A stretch of 32,000 nucleotides of DNA. Origin: Candidatus Saccharimonadota bacterium. Its GTDB lineage: Bacteria; Bacteroidota; Bacteroidia; Cytophagales; Amoebophilaceae. A program made the position numbers and the translations under genes. The notes under the pieces were generated by a model. That model searched no databases and was not told the origin of the DNA. It was given only the letters and a program-made list of their open reading frames with translations. The DNA is taken from NCBI RefSeq assembly GCF_964030745.1, contig NZ_OZ034918.1:930001-962000 (forward strand), read 5' to 3'. Below, in pieces: positions 1 to 9,075 of this stretch. The stretch's first letter is position 1. Each line of letters starts with the position of its first letter.

Positions 1-142
1 AGTTTAGAGGTTATCTTACTCGAATTCCTGAATCAATTGAACCGGTATCAGAGCCTGAATCGATAAACGGCAACTCATCGAATCTTGCATCGATATCAGA
101 GGTTGAAGCCGTAAATGAAGATGCATCATATCCTGAATCGAT

Positions 143-1843
143 TTAGTTGGTATCTGAATCTGAATCCATAGGGGAATATTTAGTGCATTTTGGACCGAAT
201 TTTTGTTTTTTATGAGGAAGCAGAGATACGGCACCAATTAATTTACTCAATTTGCACTTCACCTTTTTCAATAGGTTCTCTTTTGTATTAGGTTGTAGTT
301 CACTATAAACGTTAACCACCAAGTCGTCATACACAGCGTAGAACTTTGTTTCCCAATCAGAATAATCTTGAGGGTTAGTAAGTACCTTACGGCTAGATTC
401 TACAAAATCATTAATATTTTGTATTAATGAAGCTAGTTTATTGAACTCGGTAGCGCATTTTTCTGTTAACTCTTCTAGAACGTGTGATGGCGATTGTGGT
501 TTTTGATTTCCATATGACGCTACTGGCTTATATCTATTGATAATGTCATTATAAAGAATAGTATCGAGCTTGCATAGGCTTTGTATTGCCAAAGCATATG
601 CAACGTTTAATGCCATTTCCTTAGCATATTTTTGGTTTCTTCCAATTTCCTGCGCTTCTTCTTCTTGTAAAAAAACCATAGATAGCATGAACCTTACAAT
701 CGGGTCAAGCTTCCTAACCAACACTATTAATGAATCTTGCTCGTGGGGGGATAAAGCTGATTGGTTCTTAATATTTTCTTCGTTTGTTAGAACTTGTATA
801 TCCTCTAATAGCGCTTTTGGTTCTTTATCTATATTCGAATATCGATCACGTTTGTAGATTTTTTTATATAGAATCTTGTGCAAATTATCAAGATTTTCTA
901 GCGATTTTGGGTTTATACACTGCTGGGCTCCTTTATAAAAGCTCTTGCACAAAGCGTCAATATTCCGGGTTGCTAGTTTGTGGACTTCTCTATAAAGAGA
1001 CGCATAGAATAATGTGTCATCATCATTCCTTTTGATAGCATCCTTTTTGATTGCGCGTATTTTGTTGTCTCTGGAATGAAGGATGCCCCGTATATTGGTT
1101 GCAGCATCGTAAAACGGCTTGCATATAAGCTTCGTTAACTTGATAACCAATTTTGTTGCTAGCTCTTCTATACCGCTTAATAAGCGTTCTAAATTTTGAT
1201 TGCTAATTTCCTCTATTGCATCATATTCGTGTACTTTTTCATAAAGCATCTTGTAGAGTTTGTACGCTTTGTCTGTACAATTTAGAGCTGGAAAATACGA
1301 TAGAATAGCATAGAAGCTCGTTTCGAAATCAGTCATCAAGTTTTTATCAATAGTTTTTTCATTAGTCAGTATGTTACGGCTTGCCTTTACAAATCTATTC
1401 ACCCAATTTATTAATTGGCCTGTTTCCGTCGAATCCACAGCATCTAGGATCGGGTAACCAGGTCCTTTTTGATTTACTACAAAGAGAATTCTGTTCTTTT
1501 GTATGCAGTCTTTTTGATTTTCTATAATTTTTAGTAGCTCTTCTAGCCCTTTATATTGTAGATCAGATCTTTTATTTTCTTCACAAAGAAATTCGCAAAC
1601 CTTGAGTATGTAGTCTTTTAGAGGTTGGTTTGATATTATATAGGATTCTCCATCAAGACCGTATTCTTTGTAAGAACCCACATTGTTTGTTTGTTCTTTC
1701 TCAAGAATAAACCCATTCTTAACCTGGTTATTACACCCCAGTAAATGGATCAACAAACCATTAGATACAGTCAGCATTATCGGAAATTTCTTTTTTGAAA
1801 AGAAAAATCCCTTGCGGATTGATTTATTTTTGTTTAAATTCAT
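143..1843 (-). CDS. hypothetical lipoprotein, helical, with internal domain duplication
   Basis: 566-aa ORF. The basic N-terminus is followed by a hydrophobic stretch ending in a lipobox-like LLGC. Two related segments occur (NRFVKASRNILTN...DFETSFYAI and NDFVESSRKVLTN...DWETKFYAV). No family recognised. Confidence 0.6.
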   Translation of the reverse strand: MNLNKNKSIRKGFFFSKKKFPIMLTVSNGLLIHLLGCNNQVKNGFILEKEQTNNVGSYKEYGLDGESYIISNQPLKDYILKVCEFLCEENKRSDLQYKGLEELLKIIENQKDCIQKNRILFVVNQKGPGYPILDAVDSTETGQLINWVNRFVKASRNILTNEKTIDKNLMTDFETSFYAILSYFPALNCTDKAYKLYKMLYEKVHEYDAIEEISNQNLERLLSGIEELATKLVIKLTKLICKPFYDAATNIRGILHSRDNKIRAIKKDAIKRNDDDTLFYASLYREVHKLATRNIDALCKSFYKGAQQCINPKSLENLDNLHKILYKKIYKRDRYSNIDKEPKALLEDIQVLTNEENIKNQSALSPHEQDSLIVLVRKLDPIVRFMLSMVFLQEEEAQEIGRNQKYAKEMALNVAYALAIQSLCKLDTILYNDIINRYKPVASYGNQKPQSPSHVLEELTEKCATEFNKLASLIQNINDFVESSRKVLTNPQDYSDWETKFYAVYDDLVVNVYSELQPNTKENLLKKVKCKLSKLIGAVSLLPHKKQKFGPKCTKYSPMDSDSDTN

Positions 1844-2113
1844 GCGTGTAATTGGTTTGCAATTATATGTTTATAGTCTCGTCTAGACCCATGCATTGAG
1901 AGACGCTACCAGTGTGCGCAGCATGCACCTGACAGTAAAACGATCACTTGATGTATGGGTTCTTTTATACACCTTACTAGCCGTGTAAAAGATTATGCAA
2001 ATTTATGTTTTTTACACAAAATCTGCAAGTTGTTACAATACCCTTTTTTATTGTAGGTAGCTCGGCTAGTGAGCTGAATGGATATACGGATATAAATTAA
2101 GCTATTAGGAGTA

Positions 2114-2303
2114 TTATGGCTGCCGATAAAGAAATTTGGCACTTTTAGTAAAATTGTAGTCTTTAAAAGATCTGATTCCCAGCGGATCAGAAAAACAGCA
2201 TGTCTGAAGCCCCACGCAGTGGGCGAGTTCTGTTTTTCCCGCTGGGGAACAGATATTTTCATTATTTTTACTGTGCGCCAAATTTCTTTATCGGTGGCTA
2301 TAA
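2114..2303. mobile_element. MITE-like hairpin element, family A1, copy 1 (190 bp)
   Basis: Terminal inverted repeats TTATGGCTGCCGATAAAGAAATTTGGCAC / GTGCGCCAAATTTCTTTATCGGTGGCTATAA. Conserved core AGCGGATCAGAAAA...TTTTCCCGCT. A second 190-bp copy lies at 6638-6827 in opposite orientation. Confidence 0.75.
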
Positions 2304-2359
2304 ATAGGTATTATTATAAAAAAATAGCTATCATTACAAATTTGTACCATACGCATCAG

Positions 2360-3520
2360 ATGCCCTTGATCCAAGAACAGCCAAAAAGCCATGCAGGCAT
2401 CTATCTCCACATTCCATTTTGCAAGCAAGCTTGCCACTATTGTGACTTCCATTTTAGTACAAACTTGAAACTCAAATCCTTGGTAGTCGATAGTATGCTT
2501 CAAGAAATCGCACTCCGTCAGGATTACTTAAAAGGCACACCCATTACCAGCATTTATTTTGGCGGTGGTACACCTTCTCTCTTAACCCTTACTGAAATAG
2601 AACAGTTGCTTCACCAAGTGGTACGATGCTTTCCCATAGCGCCAGGAGCAGAAATTACCCTAGAGGCCAATCCGGATGACTTAACCCTTGCAAAATTGCA
2701 AGGACTGCACCATATGGGTGTCAATAGACTTAGCATAGGCATACAGTCTTTTAATGATCAGACACTGCGTTATGTGAATCGAGCCCATACCAGTTCCATG
2801 GCAAAAAATAGTGTAGAATGGGCACGTATGGCTGGCTTCGATAACTTAAGTATAGACCTCATCTACGCGATGCCGGGTACAACTACCCTCGATTGGCATG
2901 CCGATCTCACACAAGCCCTATTGCTAGAACCAGAGCATATCTCTGCCTATTGTTTGACCATTAAGCCCAAAACAGTCTTTGGCTATTGGCACCAACAAGG
3001 CAGTATGATCGAAATAGATGAAAGCTTAGCAGCCGAACAGTTTGAATTAATGGTCGAAGTCTGTAGCAAACAGGGATATGTCCACTATGAAATTTCTAAT
3101 TTTTGTAAACCGGGAAAATATTCCAGGCACAATACAAACTATTGGAAATCCGGCCCATACATAGGTATAGGACCCGGTGCACATGGCTATAATGGTCTGC
3201 AAAGACAATGGAATATTGCCAATAATGCGCTGTATAGTAAAGCCATTCAAAATGGTAAACTGTCCTATACCTCCGAAACCTTAACCATAGCCAATCATGT
3301 AAATGAATATATTATGACCAGCATCAGAACCTGTTGGGGATGTGATCTCGATTGGATTCGTGAAAAATATGCTATTGACCTGTTGGTCACCCAAAAGGAT
3401 TATTTAGAAAAAATAACCCTTTTGAAATTAGCCTATTGGATCGGTCATACCCTTTATTTAACAAATAGTGGTAAATTGCTAGCTGATAAAATAGCGGGTG
3501 ATCTTTTTGTGGATGGTTGA
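2360..3520 (+). CDS. hemW: radical SAM heme chaperone HemW (HemN-like, oxygen-independent coproporphyrinogen oxidase family)
   Basis: CKQACHYCDF radical-SAM cysteine motif near the N-terminus, GGGTPS motif, and about 386 aa from the ATG at 2360. The longer ORF-track start at 2219 reads through the A1 repeat and is rejected. Confidence 0.85.
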   Translation: MPLIQEQPKSHAGIYLHIPFCKQACHYCDFHFSTNLKLKSLVVDSMLQEIALRQDYLKGTPITSIYFGGGTPSLLTLTEIEQLLHQVVRCFPIAPGAEITLEANPDDLTLAKLQGLHHMGVNRLSIGIQSFNDQTLRYVNRAHTSSMAKNSVEWARMAGFDNLSIDLIYAMPGTTTLDWHADLTQALLLEPEHISAYCLTIKPKTVFGYWHQQGSMIEIDESLAAEQFELMVEVCSKQGYVHYEISNFCKPGKYSRHNTNYWKSGPYIGIGPGAHGYNGLQRQWNIANNALYSKAIQNGKLSYTSETLTIANHVNEYIMTSIRTCWGCDLDWIREKYAIDLLVTQKDYLEKITLLKLAYWIGHTLYLTNSGKLLADKIAGDLFVDG

Positions 3521-3544
3521 GATCCTTATATAAAACCTTTTTTC

Positions 3545-5383
3545 ATGCGCATTTATGCTAGGATTTTAGATTACGCAGGCTCTTTAAGGAAGCGCGCTTT
3601 TGTTTATTTTTTTGCCATTTTGCTATCCATTTTTTTTGGATTGGCTACCTATGGCTTAGTAATTCCTTTGCTCAAGGTGCTGTTTAACCAAGAGGAGCTC
3701 AACCGCTTGCTATTAGCAGCACCAATAAGGCCAAAATGGCAGCTAGACATCGGCTATCTTACCGCCTTATTGAATTATTTTTTTGTAAAAATCATTGTTG
3801 ATTACGGTAAAATCAATGCACTCTGTCTCTTGGCATGTTTATTTATGCTCTCCAATGCTATGAGTGGATTTTTTAGATACATAGCAGACCTTACCATGGC
3901 CAAGGTACGCATCCATCTTGTCCATAACCTACGCTTGGCACTCTTTCAAAGAAGCTTGGACCTTCCGGTGCAGTACTTTACAGATACTAAAAAGGGAGAT
4001 GTGATGGCACGCATTACAGTTGATATTCAAGAAGTTGAACATGCTGTGGCCGATGCATTGCGGCTATTTTTAAAGGAACCCACTCAACTTTTTTGTTATA
4101 TAGTTGTGTTATTTTATATGTCTCCAAAGCTTAGCCTTTTTACCTTATTATTTTTACCCATTGTGGGGTGGGCCATAGCTGCGATTATACAATCCCTGCG
4201 TAAATGGACAGATGAAACCCAAAAGTCGCTGGGGAATTTAATGAACCTGATTGAAGAAACCATAAGTGGTATGGCTATCATCAAAATTTTTGGAGCGCAA
4301 AAATATGCTGTGGAGCAGTTTAGTAAAGAAAGCAAGCTATATGCCCATACCAATAGCGCTGTAGCCAAAAAATCCTGTATGATGGCGCCGCTATCTGAAT
4401 CTTTAAGCCTAGTAGCAGTTTCCATTATGTTGGCTTATGGTGGCCATTTGGTCCTTTTGGATCGCAGTGCGCTGACCCCTAGTACTTTTATTGCTTATAT
4501 CATTATTTGTTCCCAAACCCTTATACCGATCAAAATGATTTCAAGATCTATTGGACATATTCAACGTGGCATAGCTGCTGGAAGACGTATTTTTAATTTA
4601 TTAGATCAAAAACCACAGATTAAAGCGGTGACAGGGAAACATACCTGCACCACCTTCAAAGCCTCAATAGCTTTTAAAAATGTCTCTTTTTCCTATGACG
4701 GTAGCAAGGAGGTCTTACATCAGATTAATTTTACCCTTCAAAAGGGCGAAACTGTGGCATTGGTTGGTGCATCTGGCTCAGGTAAATCTACCCTTTTAGC
4801 GCTCTTATCCGGCCTTTACCAACCAGATGATGGTGTTATTGAAATAGATCATTTACCGCTTGATCAGATTAGTGCTCCATCGCTCCATCATTTGATGGGT
4901 GTGGTCACCCAGGAGTCTATTTTATTTCACGATACTGTTTTGAATAATATTTTGCTAAATAGGCAAGGAGTCAGTCAGGAGGAGGTTATAAAAGCAGCTA
5001 AAGTAGCTTGCGCAGATGATTTTATCATGCGGTTGCCGAAAGGATACGATACCATTATTGGAGAAAACGGCAACAAGCTCTCTGGGGGTCAGAGGCAACG
5101 CATTTGCATTGCTAGAGCGGTATTGGGGAATCCACCTATCTTGGTATTAGATGAAGCCACCTCAGCTTTAGACACCGCTTCTGAACGAAGCGTACAGGAA
5201 GGTCTTCAATTACTTATTAAAGATAAGACTTCTATTATAGTAGCCCATAGGCTCAGTACCATTTATCATGCCGATAAAATTATCGTCTTGGAGCAAGGGA
5301 AAATAGTAGAACAAGGCACCCATTCCAGTTTACTTGCACAAGGAGGAGTCTATAAACAATTGTTTCTCTTGCAGCAAGGTTAG
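3545..5383 (+). CDS. ABC transporter, fused permease/ATP-binding protein (MsbA-like lipid exporter family)
   Basis: N-terminal multi-TM domain, Walker A GASGSGKST, signature LSGGQRQR, Walker B ILVLDEATSALD. Confidence 0.9.
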   Translation: MRIYARILDYAGSLRKRAFVYFFAILLSIFFGLATYGLVIPLLKVLFNQEELNRLLLAAPIRPKWQLDIGYLTALLNYFFVKIIVDYGKINALCLLACLFMLSNAMSGFFRYIADLTMAKVRIHLVHNLRLALFQRSLDLPVQYFTDTKKGDVMARITVDIQEVEHAVADALRLFLKEPTQLFCYIVVLFYMSPKLSLFTLLFLPIVGWAIAAIIQSLRKWTDETQKSLGNLMNLIEETISGMAIIKIFGAQKYAVEQFSKESKLYAHTNSAVAKKSCMMAPLSESLSLVAVSIMLAYGGHLVLLDRSALTPSTFIAYIIICSQTLIPIKMISRSIGHIQRGIAAGRRIFNLLDQKPQIKAVTGKHTCTTFKASIAFKNVSFSYDGSKEVLHQINFTLQKGETVALVGASGSGKSTLLALLSGLYQPDDGVIEIDHLPLDQISAPSLHHLMGVVTQESILFHDTVLNNILLNRQGVSQEEVIKAAKVACADDFIMRLPKGYDTIIGENGNKLSGGQRQRICIARAVLGNPPILVLDEATSALDTASERSVQEGLQLLIKDKTSIIVAHRLSTIYHADKIIVLEQGKIVEQGTHSSLLAQGGVYKQLFLLQQG

Positions 5384-5426
5384 TGCACAGTTCTTTTGTT
5401 TTTTAAAAATTTGGCTTTTTTTTAAA

Positions 5427-5459
5427 TTTGGCTAGTTATAGAAAAATTTTATAGCTTTG
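5427..5459 (+). promoter_or_regulatory. candidate Bacteroidota-type promoter (TTTG ... TAnnTTTG)
   Basis: Perfect TAgcTTTG at 5452-5459 with TTTG 21 nt upstream. A second perfect TAaaTTTG lies at 5423-5430. The site is about 70 nt upstream of the ATG at 5529. Confidence 0.4.
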
Positions 5460-5528
5460 GTAATCTGGTTGGCCTATCGGTTAGCTTATAGATTACAGTA
5501 CATTCAAAATAATAAAACAGAAGCTAAA

Positions 5529-6461
5529 ATGAAAATTTTATTCAAAAGAGGCTTTTCCCTCCTTTTTTTTACACTGATCTTATTTACTCGATGTAGCTAC
5601 CCTAGTGGTAAAACCACACCCACACCGCTAGAACCGGGAAATCAAGCGAAAATCTCTGCTGCTGGAGGTAGGGATAATCAGCAACAGGAGCCAGTTGCTA
5701 AATCAACTGTTGATAATGATCAACATAGTGTTCACGCGTCTAACCAGTCTACGTATGTTCCTATTCATCACGTTAATCAGAAAGTCGGAAAAAAGAAAGA
5801 GGTGGAAGATGAGCTGAATAAGAAGCTGAGTCAGATGTATGAATGGGTGGAGGAGAGAGTGAAGCGTAACCTGAATGAGAATTGTGAGAACTTGAAGCAA
5901 CAACTGTCTCAGAAATTTTCTGAGGAGCACAAGAAGCTGGGTAACGAGCTAGCTGAGTATATGGATCAGAGGTATGGGGCTGGTGAGGATATGGTATTGA
6001 AGAAGCAGCATACAAGGGAGAAACAAGAATGCGATGATAAACTGGGCAATCTGAAGCAGAAGTATGAGAATGCGGAAAAGAATCTGAAGCAGATATATGA
6101 AAAGCTGCAAGAAGTAAAGTGTGAGACGCTAAAGAAGGCGTATGATGAGCACAATAAGGAACTGATTGAGAAGCTAAAGGAAAAACTGAACCAGATGGAT
6201 GATAAGGGAGATAAGGAATTGAATGAGAAGCTGGGCCAATGGCTATGTGAGGAGCTGGAGCAGATCCTTAAGGGAGATAAGGAATTGAGTGAGAAGCTGA
6301 ACCAATCGCTATGTGAGGAACTGGATCAGATCCTTAAGGGAGATAAGGAATTGATTGAGAAGCTAAAGGAAAAACTGAACCAGATGGATGATAAGGAATT
6401 GAGTAAGAAGTTGGACGAATGGCTATGTGAGGAGCTGGAGCAGATCCTTAAGTTGATGTAG
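5529..6461 (+). CDS. secreted/lipoprotein-like coiled-coil repeat protein
   Basis: Start chosen at MKILFKRGFSLLFFTLILFTRCS (signal-like). The rest is highly charged E/K/L-rich sequence with 22-aa repeats KGDKELxEKLxQxLCEELEQIL. The ORF-track start at 5457 is less likely. Confidence 0.65.
   Translation: MKILFKRGFSLLFFTLILFTRCSYPSGKTTPTPLEPGNQAKISAAGGRDNQQQEPVAKSTVDNDQHSVHASNQSTYVPIHHVNQKVGKKKEVEDELNKKLSQMYEWVEERVKRNLNENCENLKQQLSQKFSEEHKKLGNELAEYMDQRYGAGEDMVLKKQHTREKQECDDKLGNLKQKYENAEKNLKQIYEKLQEVKCETLKKAYDEHNKELIEKLKEKLNQMDDKGDKELNEKLGQWLCEELEQILKGDKELSEKLNQSLCEELDQILKGDKELIEKLKEKLNQMDDKELSKKLDEWLCEELEQILKLM
6204..6455 (+). repeat. intragenic 66-bp (22-aa) tandem repeats plus a duplicated ELIEKLKEKLNQMDDK block
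   Basis: GGAGATAAGGAATTG recurs at 6207, 6273 and 6339 (66-bp period). The block GA(A/T)TGATTGAGAAGCTAAAGGAAAAACTGAACCAGATGGATGATAAGG occurs near 6155 and near 6345. Confidence 0.8.
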
Positions 6462-6464
6462 CAC

Positions 6465-6488
6465 AGGCCGAAATTTGCTTTTCGGCCT
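6465..6488 (+). terminator. stem-loop immediately after the stop codon (possible intrinsic terminator)
   Basis: AGGCCGAAA-TTTGCT-TTTCGGCCT forms a 9-bp perfect stem 4 nt after the TAG at 6459-6461. No clear U-tract follows. Confidence 0.45.
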
Positions 6489-6552
6489 ATTACAAGTATA
6501 CTTTTAGGATAGCTTTTTAGCATAAACGCGTAAGCTTTGTACTAAATTTTGG

Positions 6553-6600
6553 TAAAAAACTAGAAAAAACGCATTGTCTGCTACAGTGCTGAATAGATAC
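6553..6600. repeat. short dispersed repeat (family C fragment)
   Basis: TAAAAAACTAGAAAAAACGCATT...ACAGTGCTGAATAGATAC matches the reverse complement of 29956-29998. Its GAATAGATAC end resembles the terminus of the 12195-12576 element. Confidence 0.5.
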
Positions 6601-6637
6601 ATAATTTTCTATTCAATAAAATTGAGCTATACGGGTA

Positions 6638-6827
6638 TTATGGCCGTCAATAAAAGAATTAGGCACGCAGTAAAAGTAATGAAAATATCTATTTCCCAGC
6701 GGGAAAATCATAAACTCAGCCCGCTGCGCGTGCTTCAAACAAAATGATTTTCTGATCCGCTGGAAAATAGATATTTTAAAAACTACAATTTACTGAAAGT
6801 GCCTAATTTCTTTATTGACGGCTATAA
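6638..6827. mobile_element. MITE-like hairpin element, family A1, copy 2 (190 bp)
   Basis: TIRs TTATGGCCGTCAATAAAAGAATTAGGCAC / GTGCCTAATTTCTTTATTGACGGCTATAA. The core is colinear with the reverse complement of copy 1. Confidence 0.75.
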
Positions 6828-6942
6828 GCGACGGGCATGTTAATCATATATAAACCACTTTTTGCACCGCTGTCCTAAAATACATTTTTTCCGTAACATT
6901 GAGATACCATGTTTCCCCCTTACCTAAATACGATCTATCTCT

Positions 6943-7765
6943 ATGCCTAAGATAAATGCACTACCTATTGGTTATTCAGATGTCAAATCAGTTATTGACA
7001 CAGGCTATTACGTAGATAAAACTCGGTATGCCCAAGCGTTAATTGAAAAGAGAAACCCTATCTTTATAGCTCGGCCTCGTAGATTTGGCAAATCTCTCTT
7101 TATTAATACACTCGCTACCATTTGTAACGGAGAACAAGAAATATTTAAAGATTACCATATAGGTAAACCAGAGAACGGCTATCAGTGGAAGAAATATCCA
7201 CTGATTAACCTAAACTTTTCTAGCCTGAACAACAATCCTAATAAACTAGAAGGCAGCTTAAAAAATGAGTTGAGTAGAATAGCTGATGCATATAAGGTAG
7301 CCATTCAAGATCGAGATATACAAGATCGACTAAAGGATTTGGTTCGCCTACTCTCAAATTTAGGCAATGGCTATGAACCTAAGCCAGTCGTGTTGATAGA
7401 CGAGTATGACTCGCCTATTGTTAATTTAACCAAAGGCTCCGACCTAGAAAAAGCCAATATCAAGGTCATGAAAGACTTCTTTATGACTTTAAAGTCACTA
7501 AATGACCACTTTCAGCTCACCTTTATCACTGGTGTAAGCAAATTTAGCTTATCCGATGTTTTTTCAGGCGCTAATCATTTAAAAGATATTACCATTGATG
7601 CATCTGCTGATGCCATGTTTGGTTATACACAACAAGAAATCCTAACTATTTTCTCAAAAAATTTAGAATATATTGCTAAAAATTGGAGTGAAAAAGCAAA
7701 TAAAAAAATCACTGAATCAGAAGTAATGAGATCTATTGCAACTTATTACAATGGTTATAAATTTT
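6943..7765 (+). pseudogene. AAA-ATPase-like / PD-(D/E)XK (PDDEXK_9-type) family gene, N-terminal segment interrupted by an IS
   Basis: ARPRRFGKS and VLIDEYDSP motifs are shared with the intact paralog at 24824-26671. The reading frame ends in a TGA created at the IS junction. Confidence 0.8.
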
Positions 7766-9070
7766 GAGGCCGTTGCAATAGACCTTTACGATTTGCCATA
7801 AAAAGTATCTTTTTATTTTTTAGAAGAAGGTAAAAAAAGGTTAAATTCTATTGATTTTTTTAGGTATTGATGCTTAAAACTTTTAATAATATTGTGTATG
7901 TCGCTCAAGCAAACTAAGCAATTAAGTTTTTCAGATATTTCCGCCAATAAGCGTAAGTGCAAACACACTTTCTTTGATCAAATCAACAAGCTAGTTAATT
8001 GGTCAGTAGTAGAAAAAGCACTCCGATTACATTATCCTAAAGGTTTACGTTTATCAGGCAAACCGGCCTATAGTCCTCTGCTTCTATTCAAAATGCTATT
8101 GCTACAGACGTGGTATGGCTTGAGCGACTATGCAGTCGAAGAAGAAGTGAATGATCGTATCACTTTTAGCAGATTTTGTGGTATTTCGATGGATAGTTCT
8201 GTTCCAGATCATAGTGTACTAAGTAGATTTAGAACTACCCTTACAGAGAAGAATGCTTTAGAAAAGTTATTGCATATCATTAATAATCAGCTATCTGATC
8301 ATGGTGTATTGGTTCAAAACGGTTCAGCAGCTGTAGATGCTTCTATTACCCCTACCCCTAGACGCCCTAAAGGTAAAAAAAGCTACGATCTGCATGAAGA
8401 TGGAACCATAACCACAGCTGAAAGTTATCAAAAAGGAGTAGATCCAGAAGCAAGTTGGATAAAAAAAGGCCATCATCTCTACTATGGCTATAAGCGGCAT
8501 GTTCTTGTGGAAAGCAAAGAGGGGTTGGTGCTAGCCGTAGGTACCACAAAAGCATCTAGTCATGATAGTGGGCATTTACAGGTATTATTGGATAAAGTAA
8601 GGCTAAAATCAGGCAGCAGACTCTATGCAGATAAAGGCTATAGCGGGTCGCCCAACGAAAATTTACTAAAGAAAAAGAAGTTAAAATCAGCTATTCAGAA
8701 AAAAGGGGCTAGAAACAATCCTTTATCACCCACTGCTAAACGGTTTAATAAATTAGTATCTAAAACGCGCTATAAAGTAGAACGGGTATTTGGAAGTATT
8801 AAAAGTTGGTTCCGTAGCTCAGGAGCCAGATATATAGGCCTTGCTAAAACCCATACGCAACATGTTATGGAGGCAATAGCCTATAACTTATATAGGTCCC
8901 CAAACATCATATTAAGAGGTATCTAGGGGAATGGTGTGTCCAAAATAGATTGAAAATGACTAAAAAATCAGTAAATAAATAGTTTTATACCACTATAACA
9001 TCAAATATGGCAAGGAAATAACCCTGGAAGATTAATCAAAATTATACCTTCAACCTATCACAACGGCCTC
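7766..9070 (+). mobile_element. IS5-family insertion sequence (about 1.3 kb)
   Basis: Imperfect terminal inverted repeats GAGGCCGTTGCAATAG / CTATCACAACGGCCTC. It is flanked by the direct repeat ATTTT (7761-7765 and 9071-9075). It contains one DDE transposase ORF. Confidence 0.85.
7892..8926 (+). CDS. IS5-family DDE transposase
   Basis: InsH-like N-terminal region (LLFKMLLLQTWYGLSDYAVEEEVNDRITFSRFCG). DDE-region motifs AVDASI, YADKGY and VERVFGSIK. Confidence 0.85.
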   Translation: MCMSLKQTKQLSFSDISANKRKCKHTFFDQINKLVNWSVVEKALRLHYPKGLRLSGKPAYSPLLLFKMLLLQTWYGLSDYAVEEEVNDRITFSRFCGISMDSSVPDHSVLSRFRTTLTEKNALEKLLHIINNQLSDHGVLVQNGSAAVDASITPTPRRPKGKKSYDLHEDGTITTAESYQKGVDPEASWIKKGHHLYYGYKRHVLVESKEGLVLAVGTTKASSHDSGHLQVLLDKVRLKSGSRLYADKGYSGSPNENLLKKKKLKSAIQKKGARNNPLSPTAKRFNKLVSKTRYKVERVFGSIKSWFRSSGARYIGLAKTHTQHVMEAIAYNLYRSPNIILRGI

Positions 9071-9075
9071 ATTTT

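Noticed and set aside
1861-1965. Possible structured RNA (long-range pairing ACCCATGCATTGAG / CTTGATGTATGGGT) upstream of the lipoprotein gene
   Set aside because: The pairing is imperfect. No recognisable riboswitch or ncRNA motif is present, and there is no second copy for covariation, so it cannot be supported from sequence alone.
1993-2262. 89-aa minus-strand ORF
   Set aside because: It lies largely inside the A1 palindromic element. Palindromes generate open frames on both strands, and nothing about this ORF looks coding.
2219-2359. N-terminal 47-aa extension of the hemW ORF given in the ORF track
   Set aside because: The extension reads through the right half of the A1 repeat element and has no similarity to HemW N-termini. 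The conserved protein begins at MPLIQEQPKSHAGIYLHIPFC (ATG at 2360).
5457-5528. Upstream start (MVIWLAYRLAYRL...) for the coiled-coil protein
   Set aside because: That start would place the candidate promoter box inside the ORF. The Met at 5529 is followed by a typical signal peptide. The upstream start is kept only as a less likely alternative.
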